Notes: generated by a model from the sequence alone, not told the origin. Positions 25,677-33,738 are shown, numbered from the stretch's first letter. The stretch: 64,000 nucleotides of DNA from an uncultured Candidatus Saccharibacteria bacterium (GCA_964416765.1 CAYQEU010000001.1:1675-65674), one strand, 5' to 3'. Made by a program: numbers and translations.

Positions 25677-27088
25677 TAAGACTTGATTTCCAGGTCGCTG
25701 ATGAAAAAGTTTTGCAGACCGGAACTCAGGAAATATTGTTCGACGACATTAACTTCGCGGGGCCAGCATTGCGGAAAGGCAAGCTCGACTTGGTATCGGT
25801 ACAAGCCATGGTCGGACCCGAGTTCCTTTATGGAGTTGAACATTTCCTTTACGGTTGCCGTCTGGAACTGCTCAAAGGTGGAAAGTACAAAGTTAAACCG
25901 GGTGCGGCTGCCATGGGTCATGCAAGTTTCGCCGGGTACGGTGACCGGTTGGAAGTTATCAAGCAAACCCTGCTCATTCAGAATTTGTCCCACAGTAGTG
26001 GGCTGACCAGGAAGGTAGGAATATATGGTCATGTTGCCAATTATTTTAACAGGTTTGTAAGCTGGGTCGTGCGGGTCATGGAACATTCCGACCAGTGCGC
26101 CTTCATCACCAATTGCCTGATGACGGTAGCTGGCCAGCGATAAATCAGCTGAGAGGGGATAATAAAACATCAAGGCGATGAAAATTCCACACAATAGGGC
26201 CGGCCGGTTTACAGCCTTGCCCCAGCTTACGTAGACCAAAGCCATCATGGCAAAAGCGTAGAGGCAGATTAGGTAAAGCTGGAAGGAAAAATCGGAAAAG
26301 CCGGAATACATTCCAAGCCAGTAGCAAACTACAACAAGCGCGGCGTAAAACAAGGCCCAGAGTAGGATAGCGTTCTTGAGCCAGGGTTTGCCACGAAAAA
26401 TCAGGTAAACGAATAGCGGTATACTGACTGCCGCTTCGTGGGTAAATGGCCCGCCATCAACTATGTTTTTTACAATACTGAAAGTAACAATAGCGAAAAT
26501 GAGCCCGTAAAGACGTGGGAATTTTTCCTGCTGCCACGTCGCGAGGAACTGCCAGGCTAGCAGATAGAGGATTGCTATTATTAAGATAATTCCAACCCAG
26601 GCCACCCAGTCGGGGACCAGCCCTACGAAAGCGTAACCAGTATCAATATTTTCCTGGCTGGCTTTGTGAGTGAAAGAAAGAATTGTGCCGGAAACAACTT
26701 TGAAAGTGTGATTATGGAGCAACTTGGTGCTTGAAAGCTCCCCGTGGTTTTCAGCAATTACGTAGTCCTGGTAGCTAAAACCGTAGTGGTGATAGAACCA
26801 GACAAAACTCCCAATATTGAGCAGAAAAGACAACAACACGGCCCCGACTAAGACGTTTTTCCAGCGGGCCTTAATTTTGGGCAGCGCTATTTTAAGATTT
26901 ACCGCCAGCAGAATAAGTAAAAGGTAGGCGAGGAATAGCACTACCTTGGTGAAGCTTCGCCCACCGGCGAAAATATTTATGAGTGAATGGAGGAAAAGGA
27001 AAACGTAGTCTGACCAGACGATAAGTCCGGCTAGTATTATGACGGCGGCAATGCCGCCCCAGCGCTTAAAGAGAGAGCCCAAAGCCAT
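25676..27088 (-). CDS. Large polytopic membrane protein (470 aa, about 10 TM segments plus a C-terminal soluble domain of about 140 aa), possibly a GT-C-like or ligase-like enzyme; function unknown.
   Basis: Hydrophobicity pattern. Translationally coupled to the pilin gene (23-nt overlap). Confidence 0.6.
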   Translation of the reverse strand: MALGSLFKRWGGIAAVIILAGLIVWSDYVFLFLHSLINIFAGGRSFTKVVLFLAYLLLILLAVNLKIALPKIKARWKNVLVGAVLLSFLLNIGSFVWFYHHYGFSYQDYVIAENHGELSSTKLLHNHTFKVVSGTILSFTHKASQENIDTGYAFVGLVPDWVAWVGIILIIAILYLLAWQFLATWQQEKFPRLYGLIFAIVTFSIVKNIVDGGPFTHEAAVSIPLFVYLIFRGKPWLKNAILLWALFYAALVVVCYWLGMYSGFSDFSFQLYLICLYAFAMMALVYVSWGKAVNRPALLCGIFIALMFYYPLSADLSLASYRHQAIGDEGALVGMFHDPHDPAYKPVKIIGNMTIYSYLPGQPTTVGQILNEQGLLDNFQPVTVPGETCMTHGSRTRFNFVLSTFEQFQTATVKEMFNSIKELGSDHGLYRYQVELAFPQCWPREVNVVEQYFLSSGLQNFFISDLEIKS

Positions 27089-27596
27089 GATTTTCTCCCC
27101 ATTTGGCTTGGCCAGACTCCAGATGCTCTGCCCAAAGTTGGTACATGTAGTTTAGTTCGGTAGTTCCCAAGCCGCACCCTATTCTGTTGCACCAATCGGA
27201 CATAGCACTTGGGGGTACGTATCCATATACATAGTAGTAATTGTCGTCGCCAGCGCAATTGATGCCACAAGGGTCCTTAGAGATATTTTTGGCATATGGC
27301 GATAGGTCAGTGGCCAAAAATTTCCACTGGTCAGAATAATCATAAATAGTCGAACAAGTGCCCGGGTTTTCTGCCTTACAGTCGTACTTTCCGGCATACG
27401 GAGCATGGTCTTTATCTATAGTGTATGCCTGGATGGCGGTGTCAATTTGTTTAATATCTGCTTTACGTTTGGCGTCACGAGCCAGTTTCCTTGCGGTACT
27501 GACTGATGTCAACACGATGCTGGCCAACAGTCCAATAATGGCAATCACAACGAGCAGTTCGATTAAAGTAAAACCAGCTTGTCTATTTTTGCGCAT
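27066..27596 (-). CDS. Type IV pilin-like protein (prepilin-type N-terminal domain), Cys-rich C-terminal domain.
   Basis: MRKNRQAGFTLIELLVVIAIIGLLASI N-terminus, then several Cys residues. Confidence 0.85.
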   Translation of the reverse strand: MRKNRQAGFTLIELLVVIAIIGLLASIVLTSVSTARKLARDAKRKADIKQIDTAIQAYTIDKDHAPYAGKYDCKAENPGTCSTIYDYSDQWKFLATDLSPYAKNISKDPCGINCAGDDNYYYVYGYVPPSAMSDWCNRIGCGLGTTELNYMYQLWAEHLESGQAKWGENHGFGLSL

Positions 27597-27867
27597 TGGT
27601 ATTTAGGTTTACATTTTTTACTACCCCATGAATGTTTATCTTAGTGGTGGTTTTTTTGGGGGCAGGAGGGGTAGGACGACTCACATACAAAATTATAATC
27701 TGGACGATAGTCAAAACCGCCAGGACGATGGCAAGAATCAGGATTCTTCGGGGAATGCGCTTGATTCGCGATGGCGGTGTCATAGGGATTTGGGGTGTGG
27801 TTGGTTGCTCTACTTGGAAGTGGCTAAAGTCTAAGCCCTCTTCTTCTTGAGGTTGTTCCAAAGGCAT
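27583..27867 (-). CDS. Small membrane protein (94 aa) with an EEGLDFSHF motif; paralog of 17982..18266, overlapping the pilin start by 14 nt.
   Basis: MPLEQPQEEEGLDFSHFQ... and TM segment ILILAIVLAVLTIVQIIILYV. Confidence 0.6.
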   Translation of the reverse strand: MPLEQPQEEEGLDFSHFQVEQPTTPQIPMTPPSRIKRIPRRILILAIVLAVLTIVQIIILYVSRPTPPAPKKTTTKINIHGVVKNVNLNTNAQK

Positions 27868-27968
27868 GTGCTTATTTTACCATAGTTTAATGCCTTTTGC
27901 CTGTAATTTGGCCAATATAGTGCTATTATTATGTTATGGAAATAGGAACCCCCACAACTAAGAGAAGA

Positions 27969-28553
27969 ATGTCTGAGAGAGGGTTTACCCTTATTGAATT
28001 GCTAATGGTCATAGCCATCATAGGCTTGCTGGCTTCCATTACTTTAACCAGCGTGACCGCGGTACGGGACAAAGCCCGAGACACCAGACGAGTGACCGAC
28101 GTGAAGCAGCTAGCGGGTGCCGTAGAACTTTATCGACTGGCCAATGGCACGTATCCAGTGGCCGCTGTTCCGACACTATCCATACCGGGAGTTTCCCCGA
28201 CGTACGTTAGTTCTATTCCCGCGGCTCCAGTGCCGCCGGCCCGGAACTGTACCTCTTCCCAAAACCAATATTTGTACCAATCTGACGGAACCAATTATGG
28301 AATCCAGTTTTGCATCGGGGGAAATGTGGGAAGTATCGGATCGGGTGTGGGGGTTATGTCAGACAAAGGAGCAGGTTTGCGTTATGACGTAAACGGCGAT
28401 GGGGTTGTAGACAATAATGACCCAAATTATATTGCACAATACGTTGTGCTTTTAGTAAACAGTTGCCCGCTATACCTATGTGATATCAGCGGCGATGGCG
28501 TAGTTACCGCACAGGACGCCGCGCTCTTGGCACAGATTATTGCGGGATCCTAA
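27969..28553 (+). CDS. Type IV pilin-like protein with two C-terminal dockerin-like calcium-binding repeats.
   Basis: MSERG|FTLIELLMVIAIIGLLASI, where the in-frame ATG at 27936 is an alternative start. C-terminal DVNGDGVVDNNDPNYIAQYV and DISGDGVVTAQDAALLAQII match the dockerin repeat pattern D.NGDG.V...D. Confidence 0.8.
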   Translation: MSERGFTLIELLMVIAIIGLLASITLTSVTAVRDKARDTRRVTDVKQLAGAVELYRLANGTYPVAAVPTLSIPGVSPTYVSSIPAAPVPPARNCTSSQNQYLYQSDGTNYGIQFCIGGNVGSIGSGVGVMSDKGAGLRYDVNGDGVVDNNDPNYIAQYVVLLVNSCPLYLCDISGDGVVTAQDAALLAQIIAGS

Positions 28554-28573
28554 TGATATTGAGACGTAATTTT

Positions 28574-28597
28574 AAACCGGCCAAGGGGCCGGTTTTA
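28574..28597. terminator. Bidirectional intrinsic terminator AAACCGGCC-AAGG-GGCCGGTTTT.
   Basis: Perfect 9-bp stem with flanking A- and T-runs, lying between the pilin gene (plus) and tRNA-Glu (minus). Confidence 0.75.
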
Positions 28598-28601
28598 TAG
28601 T

Positions 28602-28676
28602 TGGTAGCGCTACGGGGAATCGAACCCCGATTTGATGGATGAAAACCATCTGTCCTAACCATTAGACGATAGCGCC
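28602..28676 (-). tRNA. tRNA-Glu (anticodon UUC), CCA encoded.
   Basis: Hand-folded cloverleaf: acceptor GGCGCTA/TAGCGCT with a G-U at 1:72, D-arm GTCT-AATGGTTA-GGAC, anticodon stem GATGG/CCATC with loop TTTTCAT, T-arm CGGGG-TTCGATT-CCCCG. Confidence 0.85.
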
Positions 28677-28704
28677 ATAGATATTTAAGGTTTGCAGTTT
28701 CACT

Positions 28705-28733
28705 ATTATAGCGAAATTCGTGGATTTAATCAA
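28705..28733 (-). promoter_or_regulatory. Promoter for tRNA-Glu: TTGATT, 17-nt spacer, TATAAT (read on the minus strand).
   Basis: Minus-strand sequence reads TTGATTaaatccacgaatttcgcTATAAT, ending about 25 nt upstream of the tRNA 5' end. Confidence 0.6.
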
Positions 28734-28740
28734 GCCCTGG

Positions 28741-29229
28741 CTAGCGAACTCGCTTAATATATAGAGAATAAAAAAGCGCAGCACCGGGAGGGGGTGCCGC
28801 GCCAGAAGAAACACACGGTGGGAGGTCTTGGTAAAAGTCATTGACCATGAACCCCTGGTTGAACCGGACCCGGACTTTTTTGTCCAGGTACTGGGCTGCT
28901 ATCCCGGCGGCGCGCTTGGCATCGCCCAAAATTTGGCAGTCCGGTGTTCCGGCGGGATAGGACACGGAAATCCCCGTTGGCTTCATTCCCTGGACGGGAA
29001 TGTTGGCGTCGGCTAGTTCCGCCCGCAGTTTCTTACTGTCCCATTTTTTGCCCAGCTCCATTTCCCAAACGAACACCCTTTTGCCGTCGGCGGGGGAATT
29101 TTCCACCACCGTGTAATCCCAAAACGGAATTGGCTGAGGGGTCGGGTTGGGAGAAGCGGTTGGCTTCTGCGCCGCGAGAGGCAGGGACAACATTACGATA
29201 AAGAATAATGAGCCTAAAATAGATCTCAT
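28741..29229 (-). CDS. Secreted hypothetical protein (about 162 aa).
   Basis: ATG at 29229 has a GAGGTG RBS and signal peptide MRSILGSLFFIVMLSLPLAA. A promoter TTGACA-17-TCTAAT lies upstream within a GGCATT...AATGCC palindrome. The last 20 codons overlap a terminator-like hairpin. Confidence 0.6.
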   Translation of the reverse strand: MRSILGSLFFIVMLSLPLAAQKPTASPNPTPQPIPFWDYTVVENSPADGKRVFVWEMELGKKWDSKKLRAELADANIPVQGMKPTGISVSYPAGTPDCQILGDAKRAAGIAAQYLDKKVRVRFNQGFMVNDFYQDLPPCVSSGAAPPPGAALFYSLYIKRVR

Positions 29230-29403
29230 ATTCACCTCATCCTCTTTAGATTTGCCCGGCAGGCCAGGCATAGAGTACGGGAATTAGACCATGAAATGGC
29301 ATTTTTGTCAATGCCGAAATGAAAGACCGGGCAACTATATAAATATAGTTACACCGGTCTTCTGAGATGGAGCATGCCTTATGCAAAGCGGAAGAAGTAA
29401 GTA

Positions 29404-29685
29404 TTATTGCATACGGTATTTCGCTTCTGCTCCTGATCTCATTACCATCGCGCCAGCAATTCCGGCGGCGAACGCTGCGGCGAACAGCGTAACGATGGAC
29501 AAAGGGTCCTGGCGGTGTGCAACCTCTCCGGCTTGCATACCAAGGACCAATATTCCCATTAATTTGGGAACCCGTGACTTGTCAGTCACGGCTTTGACCA
29601 GCTTGGGCGGGTGCGGGGTCATTTTGACCGCGGCTCTCAGCGAGAACATACCCGCAGCTCCAAGGATCAGGAGCGCCATAGGCAT
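29404..29685 (-). CDS. Small two-TM membrane protein (93 aa), hypothetical.
   Basis: ATG at 29685 is preceded by AAAGGAG. The ORF-track GTG start at 29703 would include the RBS itself. TM helices MALLILGAAGMFSLRAAV and LSIVTLFAAAFAAGIAGAMV. Confidence 0.4.
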   Translation of the reverse strand: MPMALLILGAAGMFSLRAAVKMTPHPPKLVKAVTDKSRVPKLMGILVLGMQAGEVAHRQDPLSIVTLFAAAFAAGIAGAMVMRSGAEAKYRMQ

Positions 29686-29839
29686 AAGCTCCTTTCTGCC
29701 CACTTAAGCGTGGGCGCCCTCCATTAATATTTACTACCCGGCCCTAGTCTTCGTAACCCTTGTGACTAGGCCACCCCATGCGGCAACGGCCGGGTAGCCG
29801 GTCAGTGTACACCCGGGGAAAAGGCCTGTCAACCGCGGC

Positions 29840-29868
29840 TTGACGCACTCCCAAGAGGGGAGTAATCT
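29840..29868 (+). promoter_or_regulatory. Sigma70-type promoter TTGACG, 17-nt spacer, TAATCT for the csoR-like/trxB operon.
   Basis: TTGACG at 29840-29845, TAATCT at 29863-29868. The spacer contains inverted repeat CTCCC-AAGA-GGGAG. Confidence 0.6.
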
Positions 29869-29878
29869 GAAATAGTAA

Positions 29879-29895
29879 ACCCCCCATAGGGGGGT
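29879..29895 (+). promoter_or_regulatory. Candidate CsoR/RcnR-family operator: perfect palindrome ACCCCCC-ATA-GGGGGGT at or just downstream of the predicted transcription start.
   Basis: C6 at 29880-29885 and G6 at 29889-29894, flanked by A/T. CsoR/RcnR-family repressors are known to bind G/C-tract inverted repeats. It sits 23 nt upstream of the csoR-like ATG. Confidence 0.55.
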
Positions 29896-29917
29896 ATGAA
29901 AGGACCAGGCAATAACG

Positions 29918-30193
29918 ATGCCCGAAACCGACACCCAAAAGGACAACATCATTAAACGGCTGCACTACGCCGAGGGCCATTTGCGAGCCGTGGCTACCAT
30001 GGTGGAGAATAAAGCGTACTGCATGGATATCATCAACCAGAACCACGCCGTCATTGAAGCGCTGAAGAAAATCAACGGCATGATTTTGGAAGGCTACCTT
30101 GGTGAGTGCGCCTTTGACGCCGTAAACAGCAAGAACGCCCAAAAACGAAAAAAAGCAGTCATGGAATTAGTAAATTTATACAGCAAGAAATAA
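29918..30193 (+). CDS. CsoR/RcnR/FrmR-family (DUF156) metal- or stress-sensing transcriptional repressor.
   Basis: IIKRLHYAEGHLRAVATMVENKAYCMDIINQNHAVIEALKKINGMILEGYLGEC is the family helical-bundle signature, with Cys in AYCMD and a second Cys in GEC. RBS AAAGGA. Confidence 0.8.
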   Translation: MPETDTQKDNIIKRLHYAEGHLRAVATMVENKAYCMDIINQNHAVIEALKKINGMILEGYLGECAFDAVNSKNAQKRKKAVMELVNLYSKK

Positions 30194-30194
30194 C

Positions 30195-31178
30195 ATGGAA
30201 AACGAAATTTACAAAACTATCATCATTGGTTCCGGCCCAGCCGGACTTACCGCCGCCCTTTATGCTTCCCGCGCCGACTTGAAACCGTTGCTCATATCCG
30301 GCTTTGAACCAGGCGGCCAGCTTATGCAAACCACCGATGTCGAAAACTTCCCGGGTTTTCCGGAAGGGATCCAGGGTCCCGAGTTAATGCAGAAAATGAT
30401 TGAACAGGCTAAGCGCTTTGGTACGGAGTGGGTGCAGGAAAACGTGACCGCGGTGGACTTTTCCGGGGTGCCGCTAAAAGTTTCGACGGAAGGTAAGACT
30501 TATTTGGGCGAAACAGTAATAATTGCCACGGGTGCCGAGGCTAACTGGCTTGGTTTGCCCAACGAGCAAAGATTGCGCGGCAAGGGCGTTTCCGCCTGCG
30601 CCACCTGTGACGGATTTTTCTTCCGCGACAAGGAGGTTGTGGTAATTGGCGGGGGAGACAGCGCCATGGAGGAAGCTAATTTCCTGACTAAGTTTGCCTC
30701 CAAAGTTACCATACTTCACCGCAGCGACAACTTTCGGGCTTCCCGTATCATGTTAAAGCGCGCCCAGGACAATCCTAAGATTTCCTTTATCACCAACATC
30801 ACCGTTACGGATGTTTTGGGAGAAGAAAATGTTACCGGGGTCCGGTACAAGGACAATGCCACCGGCGAAGAAAAGGAATTGGCGTGTAATGGTTATTTTG
30901 CCGCCATTGGACACACCCCGTCTACCAAAGTATTTGCCAACAGCGGTGTTAACACTGACATCAAGGGTTATGTAATAACCACCGATCACACACGCACTAG
31001 CATCCCTCGGGTGTTCACCGCGGGCGACGTGCATGACCCGCGTTACCGCCAGGCCGTAACAGCCGCCGGCATGGGCTGCATGGCCGCTCTCGACGTGGAG
31101 AAGTTTTTGGCTGAGATGGAGCACCAAATGGGGGACATGCAAGATATGGAACAAATGAAAGCTCAGACCAATGCTTGA
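30195..31178 (+). CDS. trxB: Thioredoxin-disulfide reductase (TrxB) with an unusual Met-rich C-terminal extension.
   Basis: FAD motif IIIGSGPAGLTAALYASRA, redox-active CATCDG, NADPH motif VIGGGDSAMEEA. C-terminal tail EMEHQMGDMQDMEQMK. Confidence 0.9.
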   Translation: MENEIYKTIIIGSGPAGLTAALYASRADLKPLLISGFEPGGQLMQTTDVENFPGFPEGIQGPELMQKMIEQAKRFGTEWVQENVTAVDFSGVPLKVSTEGKTYLGETVIIATGAEANWLGLPNEQRLRGKGVSACATCDGFFFRDKEVVVIGGGDSAMEEANFLTKFASKVTILHRSDNFRASRIMLKRAQDNPKISFITNITVTDVLGEENVTGVRYKDNATGEEKELACNGYFAAIGHTPSTKVFANSGVNTDIKGYVITTDHTRTSIPRVFTAGDVHDPRYRQAVTAAGMGCMAALDVEKFLAEMEHQMGDMQDMEQMKAQTNA

Positions 31179-31545
31179 GTATAGCGGCCGGGTCATTCAT
31201 GGACAGCACCTGGCCAATACGCTGGGTTTCCCGACGGCTAACCTGGATCGACGGCAGTGGCAGCGCCAAAAGCTAAACTGGAAACTGGGAGTGTATATTG
31301 GGACCGTCACCGGAAGCGGCGGGAGGAAGTATCGAGCCGCGTTCGGACTTGGCCCCAAAGAGAGAAACCAGCTGCCCAAGATTGAAGCGCACTTACTGGA
31401 TTATAAAGGGCCGCCCTTGTACGGTAAACCGCTGACGTTTCAGCTAACAAAGTACCTGCGCCCTTATAAAAAATTTCCTAACCTAGAAGCGCTCAAACGG
31501 CAAATCGCCGCTGACGTAAAACAAGCAAGCAAAATACAGCTATGA
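31171..31545 (+). CDS. Monofunctional riboflavin kinase (flavokinase domain).
   Basis: GRVIHGQHLANTLGFPTANL...EAHLLDYKGPPLYGKPLTFQLTKYLRPYKKFPNLEALKRQIAADV matches the RFK fold motifs. It overlaps the trxB end by 8 nt. Confidence 0.8.
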   Translation: MLEYSGRVIHGQHLANTLGFPTANLDRRQWQRQKLNWKLGVYIGTVTGSGGRKYRAAFGLGPKERNQLPKIEAHLLDYKGPPLYGKPLTFQLTKYLRPYKKFPNLEALKRQIAADVKQASKIQL

Positions 31546-32468
31546 AAAAATACATAAAATATGCCCCCTATCTGGTGTTTGTCGCGGCAATGCTTTGGGC
31601 AACTGATGCCCCTTTCCGCGTTTATTTAACCAGCCAGCTCTCCAGTAATTTTATTGTCTTGGCGGAGCATCTGGTTGATGTGTTAGTGGCACTTCCCATA
31701 CTAATTAGCGTGTGGCCGGAACTCAAACAACTTAATGGCAAAGCCTGGATTTCTGTTTTAATAATTGCCATTGGCGGTTCTGCCCTGGCTTCCGTTGCTT
31801 TTACCGAAGCGTTCCGTTACATGAACCCCTCCGTCGCCATCCTTCTGCAAAAACTCCAGCCGCTAATCGCGATTTCGCTCGCTGCCGGCCTGCTCCGGGA
31901 GCGGCTTCGCGAGCGGTTCTGGATTTGGGCCGTGTTGGCTTTGGCCGGCGCGTACATAATTTCCTTCCCTCACTTGCGACCTGAACTTTATGCCGGAGAG
32001 CAGTTTAATCCCAACATGATCGGCGTAGGCCTGGCCCTGCTGGCCGCGGTATTGTGGGCTACTTCCACTGTCCTGGGACGATATGTCTTAAGCAAGGTTA
32101 GTTTTACCGCCATGACCAGCTTGCGTTTCGTGTTCGCGTTTCTGTTCCTTATCCTCCTGAACGCTTACCAGGGCTCATTTTCCCAGGTTCAACTGCTGAC
32201 TCCGAAGGATCTACTGTTCATTGCCATAATTGCCGTGGCATCCGGAATAGTCTCGCTCTATATCTATTACGCCGGTTTGCAGAATACCAAAGCTTCCATT
32301 GCTACTATCGCTGAGTTAGGGTTCCCCCTGGCTGCCGTGGTGGTAAACTATTTCTTTCTGCATGCGGCTTTGGCGCCCATGCAGCTCGTTGGAATTGCGG
32401 TATTGCTCTTGGCCGTGTGGCAGCTGGGCAAGGTAAACCGGGAAGAAGTATCGGTTTCCACTGTTTAA
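31542..32468 (+). CDS. EamA/DMT-family transporter (10 TM segments), candidate riboflavin or metabolite transporter.
   Basis: Two EamA-like halves. 4-nt ATGA overlap with the riboflavin kinase gene. Confidence 0.75.
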   Translation: MKKYIKYAPYLVFVAAMLWATDAPFRVYLTSQLSSNFIVLAEHLVDVLVALPILISVWPELKQLNGKAWISVLIIAIGGSALASVAFTEAFRYMNPSVAILLQKLQPLIAISLAAGLLRERLRERFWIWAVLALAGAYIISFPHLRPELYAGEQFNPNMIGVGLALLAAVLWATSTVLGRYVLSKVSFTAMTSLRFVFAFLFLILLNAYQGSFSQVQLLTPKDLLFIAIIAVASGIVSLYIYYAGLQNTKASIATIAELGFPLAAVVVNYFFLHAALAPMQLVGIAVLLLAVWQLGKVNREEVSVSTV

Positions 32469-32488
32469 TAATTTAAAGCTTAACTAAC

Positions 32489-33715
32489 ATGAATAACAAC
32501 CCATTTGAATCAGCCCAGGCCCAGCTCCGCGCGGCCGCGGAAATCGCCAACTTTGACCCGGACAAAATAGCCCGGCTCATGGAACCTGACCGCTACACCG
32601 AAGTTTCCATTCCCGTGCGCATGGACGACGGTTCCCAAAAAATCTATACCGGTTTCCGCAGCCAGCACAATAACGCGCGCGGCCCGTACAAAGGAGGTAT
32701 CCGCTATCATCAGCAGGTCAACCTGGATGAAGTAAAAGCCTTAAGCTTTTGGATGTCCTTTAAGAACGCGGTAGTTAACGTACCGTTTGGCGGCGGCAAG
32801 GGCGGTATTATAGTAAACCCAAAAGAATTGTCAGAAGGGGAATTGGAACGGTTATCCCGCGGGTACATACAAAAGATGTACCGTTTGTTTGGCCCTGAGT
32901 TTGATGTTCCCGCTCCGGATGTAAACACCAACGGTCAGATCATGGGCTGGTTCCTCGACGAGTATGAAAAGTTAACCGGCACCAAAGCGCCAGCCACTTT
33001 TACCGGTAAGAACATCGAAGATGGAGGGAGTGAAGGACGTACTGAGGCCACCGGTTACGGCGGTGGATATGTAATCCGCGAAGCCGTGAAGGCTGGAATC
33101 ATCCCGGAAGGCAAGCAAACCATCGCCATCCAGGGTTTTGGTAACGTCGCTACTTACCTGGCGGAAAGCGTCGCCAGTCTTGGCTTCACTATTGTTGCCT
33201 TGTCAGACAGCAAAGGCGGAGTATATAACGCTGAAGGGATCGATGTCGCCGCTGCCGAAAAGCATAAAAAGGAAACCGGCGCGTTAAAAGACTTACCCGG
33301 CACCCAGAATATTACCAATGAAGAACTACTAGAGCTGGATGTCGCGGTTTTGGTACCGGCCGCCTTGGAAAATGTTTTGACCGCCGACAATGCTAACAAC
33401 ATTAAAGCGCATTTAATTCTGGAAATGGCCAACGGTCCTACCACACCGGAAGCAGACCAAATTTTCCATGACAAAAATATCGCGGTAATACCGGACATTC
33501 TGGCCAACAGCGGGGGAGTGGGAACTTCCTACTTCGAATGGTACCAAAATATGCACAACGAGAAATGGTCCAAGGAAGATGTGCTGAAGAAACTGGACGA
33601 GTACATGGTGAAGGCTTTCGCGGACGTTGTGGCAAAGAAGAATGACCATAATACTACCTACCGGAACGCGGCGTACATAGTGGCTGCCAACCGGATTATT
33701 GAAGCCATGGAGTAG
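32489..33715 (+). CDS. gdhA: Glutamate dehydrogenase (Glu/Leu/Phe/Val dehydrogenase family).
   Basis: YKGGIRYH...VPFGGGKGGI catalytic Lys/Gly-rich motif, and a C-terminal Rossmann domain. Confidence 0.9.
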   Translation: MNNNPFESAQAQLRAAAEIANFDPDKIARLMEPDRYTEVSIPVRMDDGSQKIYTGFRSQHNNARGPYKGGIRYHQQVNLDEVKALSFWMSFKNAVVNVPFGGGKGGIIVNPKELSEGELERLSRGYIQKMYRLFGPEFDVPAPDVNTNGQIMGWFLDEYEKLTGTKAPATFTGKNIEDGGSEGRTEATGYGGGYVIREAVKAGIIPEGKQTIAIQGFGNVATYLAESVASLGFTIVALSDSKGGVYNAEGIDVAAAEKHKKETGALKDLPGTQNITNEELLELDVAVLVPAALENVLTADNANNIKAHLILEMANGPTTPEADQIFHDKNIAVIPDILANSGGVGTSYFEWYQNMHNEKWSKEDVLKKLDEYMVKAFADVVAKKNDHNTTYRNAAYIVAANRIIEAME

Positions 33716-33738
33716 GTAAACAAAATATGAAGAAAATT

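Noticed and set aside
28554-28740. Possible mobile-element junction suggested by the tRNA-Glu next to pilin genes; I also checked for integrase or att repeats near tRNA-Leu at 47578.
   Set aside because: No integrase or transposase ORFs, and no direct repeats of the tRNA 3' end, are detectable within several kb of either tRNA.
29734-30142. 132-aa minus-strand ORF overlapping the csoR-like gene and its promoter.
   Set aside because: It is antisense to a gene with a clear family signature, a promoter and an operator.
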